Of a stretch of DNA of 64,000 nt, positions 18,428 through 26,140 are shown one piece after another. The DNA comes from an uncultured Candidatus Saccharibacteria bacterium. GTDB taxonomy: Bacteria; Patescibacteriota; Minisyncoccia; Phycocordibacterales; UBA1006. The notes below the pieces were generated by a model, which searched no databases, was not told where the DNA came from, and saw only the letters and a list, made by a program, of their open reading frames with translations. The stretch spans positions 20,127 through 84,126 of the forward strand of contig CAZROP010000001.1 of assembly GCA_964601935.1 (NCBI GenBank), read 5' to 3'. Position 1 is the first letter of the stretch. Each line of letters begins with the position of its first letter. The position numbers were made by a program, and so were the translations under genes.

Positions 18428-21400
18428 TTACTTGGGGCACCCAACCATCACCTTAATCTTAGCGCTCAGTGTAGGGGTATATGCTCCTGTCTCAGCCATA
18501 TTGAACCTCTTCTGCAACAAACGTACATACGCCTTGGACGACCTCCCATACACTCCGTCTATGACTACTTCACCTCTGAGGACATAGGCTATGAATCTCT
18601 GAAGATTAGTGATTGATGTCTTTGAGCTTGAGGACGATATGGTAGTGGCTGGTAATGCTGCACAGGCTTGTGCCAGTACTGCAGGCGGTAGTTTCTGTAT
18701 ATGGCAGAGCATATCAGAATGGAGAGGCAGTGTAGGTTCGGTGTCGAATACATTCGAGAAACCCCGCAGGTCTATTCCTGCTCCTGTGAGTATTGATACA
18801 CCAGGTGTTGTAGCATAGAGATCTCTTTGTGTAGGAGTGAGTTGTGAGTCTATAACCTTGTAGGCAGAGGTACAAGTAGGCAATACTTCTCCTCCTGATG
18901 CATAGGTTGTAGGCTTCTTAGTCTTCTTTGCATTATAGAGCTCTATCAGTTTTGTCATGAATGGATTACTGAGGATATTTGTTTCTACAGGTATATTGTT
19001 CTTCTTATGGAGATCAGTGATTGCTTTGGTTGTTGTTGTGTTTTGTCTTCCTGTGATAGTTGTTTTGTAACCTAGAGTACGAAGCATGGATTGGATGGAT
19101 TTCCAGTCTACTTTTCCGGTGGGGGTGGTGGTTGAGATGGGTGTAGTAGTAATTGCTGGAGGTAAAATTGTTGAGGTTGGTGTCTTTATGCAGCCCGTTG
19201 GAGTGAGGATGTGTGTTGAGGGGCAGCTGGGGGTGGAGGGTCCTCCTCCTCCTGAAGAAACAGAAGGTGCTGGGGTATAGACAATCAAAGCTTTATTTGC
19301 GCTCAAACTACCAGCTACACCAGGCGATGGAAGCAACAAACGTACCGGAGCCGTTTGTGCAGTGGTTGTTATGTTGCCTCCATTCAGATTGAGGGCACCT
19401 ACTGATGCGTAATCGAGATCAGAAGAAGTATCGCTTGGTCCCACAGTATAATTAAACGTTAGTGTATCAGTACCCGATCCCGAAATATAATTAGCCACTG
19501 CATCAGTCGCACCAGTCTCTAGTGTCAACTGCGGTGTTCCTGTGACGGTTACTGATTCACTGAATTGAATCAGAATATTAATGGTACCACCGTTCGTGTA
19601 CGAGCCATCCGAATTACCGGAAGCAACGTTGAGAATGGTAGGGACACTTATATCGAAAATCATAGTGCGATTCGCCGGCTCATCAGATACATAAAGCCTC
19701 TTATTTTGAGAATCTATCATGAGGTCAATAGGGTCTACGATACTGGATTGCGTGACAGCGGTACTATAGTTCAAAAAATTAGGTTGTCCGAGCACATTGA
19801 TAGCTGACTCTCCATTGGTGATATCTGCCACGTCAAATACAAGAACACGGGCAGCCGAGTAATCTGCGACAAACAATCTACTGTACACCTCATCATAGCT
19901 TAGCCCATTCGGCTCGCCACCAAAACCAGCTTGACCTCCGTTAGCGTTTGCTGTAACAAAATCAGGTTGTCCGAGCACATTGATAGCTGACTCTCCATTG
20001 GTGATATCTGCCACGTCAAATACAAGAACACGGGCATTACCACCATCTGAAACAAATAACCTTCGCTGAATAGCGTCATACGTAACCCCTGTAGCTTCGT
20101 CCATCTTACTCTGTGTCGTACCGACAGTGCAGGTAACAAAGTCAGGTTGTCCGAGCACATTGATAGCTGACTCTCCATTGGTGATACCTGCTATATCAAA
20201 AACAACAATACGGCGGTTGCTCCGATCTGAAACAAACAATCTATTTCCCGTCGGATCGAGCGATAAATAGCTAGGATTATTTAATCTTGAAGCTGAACAA
20301 GCACTTGTAATATTGCTGAAATTTGCTTGCCCCAAAACATTTACAGGAGCATCTCCGTTCTCTATAGTGGAAACATTCCATACGAGAACACGCTGCTTGT
20401 CCGCATCTGCCACAAACAGCCTGTTCTGCCCTGAATCATAAACGAGACCTGCAGCATAAGAAAATCCGTAGAACCCCCCCGAGGACGTATCCCAGAAATT
20501 CTGCTGCCCTAATACATAATCAGGTGTTTTGTCTACCAAGATATTTGATGAATTTAAGTTAAATACTAAAATACGAGAACCATCTGCCAAAAAAAGTCTA
20601 TGATTAGTATAATCAATCGCAAGACCTGCAGGCTGACTCAACCCATAAGGATTTATCTGCGTACCGTCGTTACTATCTTGTGTATAATAATCTACTTCTA
20701 GCCCATCATTATAAGTCGACTGCCCTACAGCGTCAATCGCATCTTCTCCATCAGTAATAGCTGTAGTATCAAATATCATTATACGGTTACTGCCAGTGTC
20801 TGATACATAGGTTCGATTATTGGTAGAGTCATAATATACTCCTTCTGGGGAACTAGTAACCCCTGTGTCCGCAAATCCAGATCCTGACTCAAAATCAGGC
20901 TGACCTAAAATATTAACCGCAGGCTCACCATTGGTAATAGTTGCTATATTAAACACTTTTACACCACTGCCCCCGCTCTCTGCAACATACAATCTATTAT
21001 TTGCTGCATCGTGGGCGATCGCATTGGGCTGATTCATGCCATCTTGGGTAATATTGTCACTAGCACTGACAAAATCAGGTTGACCTAGCACATTGATAGC
21101 GTTTTCTCCATCAGTAATAACTGTAGTGTCAAATACGAGAACTCGATGATTTGCGGTATCTGCAACATAGGCACGAGTTCCTGATGTATTGATCCCTATA
21201 CCCTGCGGGGCGAACATCCTGTTCTGTGAGGCGAGAGCTGAGCTTGTTGTAAAATTAGCTTGCCCGAGTACATTAGCTGCAGCCTGGCCATTAACAATAG
21301 AAGTAGTGTTATATATCACAGCACGATTATTACCTGTATCTGCAACGTATAAACGAGCATTGACACTATCGTATGCCAGTCTATACGGAATATTCAGACG

Positions 21401-21979
21401 CCCTGCAGCGAGCGTGCCTGTACCGCTAGTGAAATCTGCCTGCCCTAAAACATTAACAGCGCTCTCGCCATTGGTAATAGATGTAACATCAAATACTAGT
21501 ATTCGGTTATTAGAGGTGTCAGCGACAAACAATCTATTATTACCACTATCATGTGCTATTCCCTGCGGACCCTTCAACATCGTTTGTGTAGTACCCTCTA
21601 CGCGCAAGTAAAAACCCTGTTGACCCAATACAAAATCTGGAGTTTTGTCTACAAGCTGATTCGAGACATTGAGATTGAATACCAGCACCCTATTATTACC
21701 TGAATCAATGACAAACAAACGATGATTGCTGGCATCTAAGGTGGCTTGAGCGGGCCCATTCAATCCGTACGGCGTCATATCACCAGCGCCACCATTCTCG
21801 CTACTGCTAGTATAGCTCACTTCACCCCCCTCACGATTGACATACTGGCCAATAGCATCTATAGCATTCGCGCCATTCACAATAGCAGCATATGAATACA
21901 GCGGTATAGCACTTAGCACGGCTAGTGCAACGAACCCAATATATCGATAGACAGTATTCATGGTAATAGGTGATTTCAT
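18428..21979 (-). CDS. Giant secreted NHL-repeat beta-propeller protein (1183 aa) with C-terminal tandem PG_binding_1-like domains
   Basis: Signal peptide. More than 15 NHL-type repeats ('NNRVLVFD', 'NHRLFVAD', 'ITNGESAINVLGQPDF'). The C-terminal ~250 aa is shared with the 2116-aa protein and carries two peptidoglycan-binding-like repeats (LRTLGYKTTITG...; DGVYGRSSKAYVRLLQ). Confidence 0.7.
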   Translation of the reverse strand: MKSPITMNTVYRYIGFVALAVLSAIPLYSYAAIVNGANAIDAIGQYVNREGGEVSYTSSSENGGAGDMTPYGLNGPAQATLDASNHRLFVIDSGNNRVLVFNLNVSNQLVDKTPDFVLGQQGFYLRVEGTTQTMLKGPQGIAHDSGNNRLFVADTSNNRILVFDVTSITNGESAVNVLGQADFTSGTGTLAAGRLNIPYRLAYDSVNARLYVADTGNNRAVIYNTTSIVNGQAAANVLGQANFTTSSALASQNRMFAPQGIGINTSGTRAYVADTANHRVLVFDTTVITDGENAINVLGQPDFVSASDNITQDGMNQPNAIAHDAANNRLYVAESGGSGVKVFNIATITNGEPAVNILGQPDFESGSGFADTGVTSSPEGVYYDSTNNRTYVSDTGSNRIMIFDTTAITDGEDAIDAVGQSTYNDGLEVDYYTQDSNDGTQINPYGLSQPAGLAIDYTNHRLFLADGSRILVFNLNSSNILVDKTPDYVLGQQNFWDTSSGGFYGFSYAAGLVYDSGQNRLFVADADKQRVLVWNVSTIENGDAPVNVLGQANFSNITSACSASRLNNPSYLSLDPTGNRLFVSDRSNRRIVVFDIAGITNGESAINVLGQPDFVTCTVGTTQSKMDEATGVTYDAIQRRLFVSDGGNARVLVFDVADITNGESAINVLGQPDFVTANANGGQAGFGGEPNGLSYDEVYSRLFVADYSAARVLVFDVADITNGESAINVLGQPNFLNYSTAVTQSSIVDPIDLMIDSQNKRLYVSDEPANRTMIFDISVPTILNVASGNSDGSYTNGGTINILIQFSESVTVTGTPQLTLETGATDAVANYISGSGTDTLTFNYTVGPSDTSSDLDYASVGALNLNGGNITTTAQTAPVRLLLPSPGVAGSLSANKALIVYTPAPSVSSGGGGPSTPSCPSTHILTPTGCIKTPTSTILPPAITTTPISTTTPTGKVDWKSIQSMLRTLGYKTTITGRQNTTTTKAITDLHKKNNIPVETNILSNPFMTKLIELYNAKKTKKPTTYASGGEVLPTCTSAYKVIDSQLTPTQRDLYATTPGVSILTGAGIDLRGFSNVFDTEPTLPLHSDMLCHIQKLPPAVLAQACAALPATTISSSSSKTSITNLQRFIAYVLRGEVVIDGVYGRSSKAYVRLLQKRFNMAETGAYTPTLSAKIKVMVGCPK

Positions 21980-22113
21980 ATTATTATATTAAGCGTAAGT
22001 AGTGAGGATAAACTAAACAGGTTATCGAATAGAGATTCAGTCATGAGGCTCTTCCCAACTCTAGTATACCCACAATCAGAAATACACACAAACGGCATTG
22101 TGTGTACAAGAAA

Positions 22114-22926
22114 TTACTCTGAATGCACGCGCTCCAAGATATGTGGATTCACGATATTTTTGACGTCTGGCCACGGGATCATAATTTCAGGCTGTCCTGC
22201 TGCATAAGGTGCAATTTGGTACGCGCCAAATATAATACGTATTCCTGGATGTTCTAGCATAAAATTAACAAAATTTTCAGACTTGGGTTCGGTACCTGTC
22301 AGTACATAGCTATTGCTAAACATTTCAGGATTTTCTTTTGCCACTGCAGATAGTTCTGCATTAGCAAACGTGCCCGAAGCAATCAGCGCACGCGAAGTAC
22401 GCGACAGAGTGGTCAGATAGTCGGGATGATTAGCGAATACTTCAGACAGCTCTACCTGACGACCATCCTCGTCAAATACGAGGGCAATTACAGCAGGATT
22501 ACCGTGTGCTCCCCCGGTATATTCGTACGCATCAATACGATAGTTGATATATTTCCCTGCACGACTCATTACCGCCCCTTTCCAGTCTGCCTGCCACTTA
22601 TTACCACTCGGCTGTAGTTCTGCGATTGATTCATTTTTGAATTTACTAGAATCATACTCCTGCTCAAATACTACAATTGATTGCTCGACCATCTGACGAA
22701 TCATAGCATCAGCGGTAGTATTACCTGACGTATTCAAATCAGCACTGAGAATATACAGATCTGTCTCCTTGTGAACCTCGAGCACCTTGCCGACAGGACC
22801 ATTATCTGTGACTTCGTTAGGAATACCAAAGAATGGAATATCATTGGTTCGAGACCGCATATACCAATACCCGCCAGCTAGTACTGCCAGAATTACCAGA
22901 ATAATTATAATTCGCCGCGTATTCAT
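22114..22926 (-). CDS. DUF3298/DUF4163 (RsiV-like) domain membrane-anchored protein
   Basis: N-terminal TM helix. 'YEYTGGAHGN' is the hallmark DUF3298 motif. Confidence 0.55.
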   Translation of the reverse strand: MNTRRIIIILVILAVLAGGYWYMRSRTNDIPFFGIPNEVTDNGPVGKVLEVHKETDLYILSADLNTSGNTTADAMIRQMVEQSIVVFEQEYDSSKFKNESIAELQPSGNKWQADWKGAVMSRAGKYINYRIDAYEYTGGAHGNPAVIALVFDEDGRQVELSEVFANHPDYLTTLSRTSRALIASGTFANAELSAVAKENPEMFSNSYVLTGTEPKSENFVNFMLEHPGIRIIFGAYQIAPYAAGQPEIMIPWPDVKNIVNPHILERVHSE

Positions 22927-22957
22927 GTATATAGTCTATCACAAAGATGCAGGGACA

Positions 22958-23653
22958 TTACTGAACCTGACCCTGTAACTGTTCAAAAGAATTTCGTGGA
23001 TTCTCACTCCCAAAAATCGCCGAACCACACACAACTGATGTAGCACCTGCATCTCGCAAAGCGAGAATATTAAACTCTGAAACACCCCCGTCGATCTGTA
23101 TAGGCAATTCCGGATCAAATTGCTGAATTCGTGCTATAACATCGAACACACGAGTAGAGAAAGACTGCCCTTGTACCCCAATACGCTCTATTCCCATTAT
23201 CTGAACGAAGTGTACTCTTTTTAAAAGCTTTTGGTATATCGAAAAATCATCATTCACTGTCACCGCAATACCATATTCAAATTTTGGATAATCCTGTGAA
23301 TACCCGTGCAAAATTGCAAAACAATATGACAAATCTTCTGCACTACCAACATGCAAGACAACTCGACGAGGATTCGCGGACAACCACCTAATCAGTGATT
23401 CCTGTGGATTTTTGATCATTAGATCAAACTCAACGACGATATTTTGTTTGCGTAATATTTCCAGAGCAGCGACACAGTCTGCATCTTCTACAATCTGCCC
23501 CGCAGTATTATACGGCCATGTACTTGATTCTACATACTCCCCATCACAAATATCTATCTGCACCAGTGTAGCAGAGTCTTTGTTGGCGCAGAGCACTGCC
23601 TTGTGCTCTATTTCTTGCCAGTTTGATTCGAGTATTCCTGGGGTAACCTTCAT
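22958..23653 (-). CDS. rpe: Ribulose-phosphate 3-epimerase-like TIM-barrel protein
   Basis: 'MKVTPGIL...' start, 'IDICDG' and C-terminal 'IQIDGGVS...GATSVVCGSAIFG', typical of Rpe. Adjacent to rpiB. Confidence 0.6.
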   Translation of the reverse strand: MKVTPGILESNWQEIEHKAVLCANKDSATLVQIDICDGEYVESSTWPYNTAGQIVEDADCVAALEILRKQNIVVEFDLMIKNPQESLIRWLSANPRRVVLHVGSAEDLSYCFAILHGYSQDYPKFEYGIAVTVNDDFSIYQKLLKRVHFVQIMGIERIGVQGQSFSTRVFDVIARIQQFDPELPIQIDGGVSEFNILALRDAGATSVVCGSAIFGSENPRNSFEQLQGQVQ

Positions 23654-23656
23654 ATC

Positions 23657-24121
23657 TTATGCGTGTACGATTTCAATCATATTAATACGTCTCTGATGCC
23701 TAACTCCATCGAATGGCGTATCTAAGAATAATTGCACGCCAGCCCACAACTGATCTTGTGATACGAATCGCGCACCGACAGATAATACATTGGCGTTGTT
23801 GTGCGCACGACCCAGACGGATTACTTCGACATCCTGGCCATTATAGACAACAGCACGAATTCCAGAATACCTATTCATAACAATAGCCTCGCCAGTACCT
23901 GACCCGCCCAGCACAATAACGCAAAGTTCCAGGAATTCAGTATCACGCGCATAAAGCTGCAATTGCTCTGCTGCTTTATGCATATAGACAGGATAATCAT
24001 CGTCTGACACCAGGGTATACGCGCCGCAGTCTTCTACAGCGTGCCCCTGTCCTAGCAGCCAAACCTTGAGCTGCTCCTTCATTTCAAAACCTGCATGATC
24101 TGCAGCAAGTATAATATTCAT
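23657..24121 (-). CDS. rpiB: Ribose-5-phosphate isomerase B (RpiB/LacAB family)
   Basis: 'MNIILAADHAGFEMKEQL...' is the canonical RpiB N-terminus; 154 aa. Confidence 0.8.
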   Translation of the reverse strand: MNIILAADHAGFEMKEQLKVWLLGQGHAVEDCGAYTLVSDDDYPVYMHKAAEQLQLYARDTEFLELCVIVLGGSGTGEAIVMNRYSGIRAVVYNGQDVEVIRLGRAHNNANVLSVGARFVSQDQLWAGVQLFLDTPFDGVRHQRRINMIEIVHA

Positions 24122-24382
24122 ATATACCTACTATATCAGGGTTTTCAGATATTTCATCATCCAGTGACCTACCAATTAGATTGCTATTTCCAAAAAGGCT
24201 TCCAATAAAAATCATACTGCGTACCGCTGGATGTACACAACGGACCTGGTGAATCTAAATTACATTCAGGATCGACATATACCTGCTCCTGATGAACAAA
24301 TGATGTGATTAAAAAAACTATCAGTGCGACAAAAAATAAAAGTTTGAACATATACTATATTGTACACTATCTCGGTGAAATA

Positions 24383-25414
24383 CTAACTAAGATTACTCAC
24401 CACCTCTTCGACATGTCTCACCAATGTGTGGGTATACCCATACTCGTTATCGTACCAGGCGAGCACCTTTACTAAATTACCGTTCACTACGCGGACCATT
24501 TCTGCGTCGACAATACAAGGCACAGTTCGCCCTACTATATCCGACGAAACCAGAGGCTCGTGCGATACCTCCAGAATTCCCTGCCAACGGTCAGATGTGG
24601 CTGCCTGCTCTAATAGTTTTACCACCTCTTCTGCTGTTGTAGATTTTTTGGAAATGAATGTTACATCCACAATAGAGCCTGCAGGAACAGGCACCCGCAA
24701 ACTAATACCGTCGAATTTGCCTTCTAATTCCGGATATGCCACAGTCACCGCCTTTGCAGCACCCGTCGACGATGGCACAATATTCTGTGCTGCTGCACGT
24801 CCTTCACGCAAATCCTTTTTACTGGGGCCATCTACTAGCGCCTGGGTTGCCGTATATCCATGAGTTGTCGATAGTATTGCAGACTCTATTCCCAGTGTTT
24901 CGTTCAATACTGCAATCAATGGTGATGCTGCATTGGTAGTACATGATGCGTTTGATGTTATCGCGGTTTTTCCAAATTTATCATTGTTAATTCCTATCAG
25001 AATAGTCTCTCCAGGAATTACTCCAGATGGATCCTGTTTTGCAGGAGCACTAATGACTACACTGCGGGCACCTGCAACAATATGTGCATGCGCCTTGTCA
25101 TACTGAGTAAAAAATCCTGTTGATTCAAGAACGCAATCAATATTCATATCTGCCCAAGGCAATAATGCAGGATCTTTTTCGTGAATGACGGCGATCTTTT
25201 TGCCACTTACTTTAAGAGCACTCTCACTCTCAGCCTCTACAGCAAAGTTTGCCTTGCCATATACTGTGTCGTACTGGAGTAAGTATGCAAGTGATTCGAT
25301 TGTCCCTAAATCGTTGATTGCAACCACTTCTATATGCTCATTATTTATAGTCTGCCGAAAGAATGCTCGCCCAATACGTCCAAATCCATTGATTGCAATT
25401 CGTTTTTTTGTCAT
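24383..25414 (-). CDS. gap: Glyceraldehyde-3-phosphate dehydrogenase, type I
   Basis: 'INGFGRIGR' NAD-binding motif, 'SCTTN' catalytic Cys region, ~343 aa. Confidence 0.9.
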   Translation of the reverse strand: MTKKRIAINGFGRIGRAFFRQTINNEHIEVVAINDLGTIESLAYLLQYDTVYGKANFAVEAESESALKVSGKKIAVIHEKDPALLPWADMNIDCVLESTGFFTQYDKAHAHIVAGARSVVISAPAKQDPSGVIPGETILIGINNDKFGKTAITSNASCTTNAASPLIAVLNETLGIESAILSTTHGYTATQALVDGPSKKDLREGRAAAQNIVPSSTGAAKAVTVAYPELEGKFDGISLRVPVPAGSIVDVTFISKKSTTAEEVVKLLEQAATSDRWQGILEVSHEPLVSSDIVGRTVPCIVDAEMVRVVNGNLVKVLAWYDNEYGYTHTLVRHVEEVVSNLS

Positions 25415-25497
25415 ATACACGAATTATACCATTCAAATGCTCTAAAACAAAAAACACCCTATGGGGTGTTTTTATAGTGTACGGTACAGCAATTATG

Positions 25498-26061
25498 CTA
25501 TCTCTGCCACGCCTTTAGCTGTTCGATTTCGGCTGACTGTGCACGAATGATACCTGCAGCCATTGCGCGCAATTGATCGTTCGTAACCCCTGATCCTCCT
25601 ACTAGTTTTGTAGACATATCAATCGCACCTTCGTGATGAATAATCATTTGCTCTATAAATTCTTGCTCGAGATCTGATCCTGACAGACTATCCAGTGATG
25701 CCGACATGCCGTGCATCATTTCCTGCATAGACATAGGGTTTTGCATAGTCATTCCACGATGATGTCCACGACTCCAACCCATTAATGACCCGACTATTAA
25801 CCCTATCGCCAAAGCAATAAGAAGCGATACCCAGTGATTCATTTCCATTTTGCGACCTGTAGGCATTGCCTCGTATTTTGCTTTTGCTGTATTTGCTAAT
25901 TCTACCACTTCTTCTTTTGCGTCTTGTGCAAATTCGCGAACGTCGGTAGCCATATCATCTGCTATATCGCTCACCTTGTCACGGACAGTGTCTTTCCAGT
26001 CGTGTTGAGTATTGTTACCATTATTACTATTCCCAGGGTGTGCATTGTTGTTGTTATTCAT
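25498..26061 (-). CDS. DUF305-domain protein with Asn-rich low-complexity N-terminus and a TM helix
   Basis: The C-terminal 'MIIHHEGAIDM...AEIEQLKAW' matches DUF305 (ferritin-like, metal-resistance associated). Confidence 0.5.
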   Translation of the reverse strand: MNNNNNAHPGNSNNGNNTQHDWKDTVRDKVSDIADDMATDVREFAQDAKEEVVELANTAKAKYEAMPTGRKMEMNHWVSLLIALAIGLIVGSLMGWSRGHHRGMTMQNPMSMQEMMHGMSASLDSLSGSDLEQEFIEQMIIHHEGAIDMSTKLVGGSGVTNDQLRAMAAGIIRAQSAEIEQLKAWQR

Positions 26062-26140
26062 ATTAATAGAAAGGTTTATTATTAAATAATACTGACTTTA
26101 GTATTATATCATGCTCTACAGATCTAATTCAACAGGAGCC

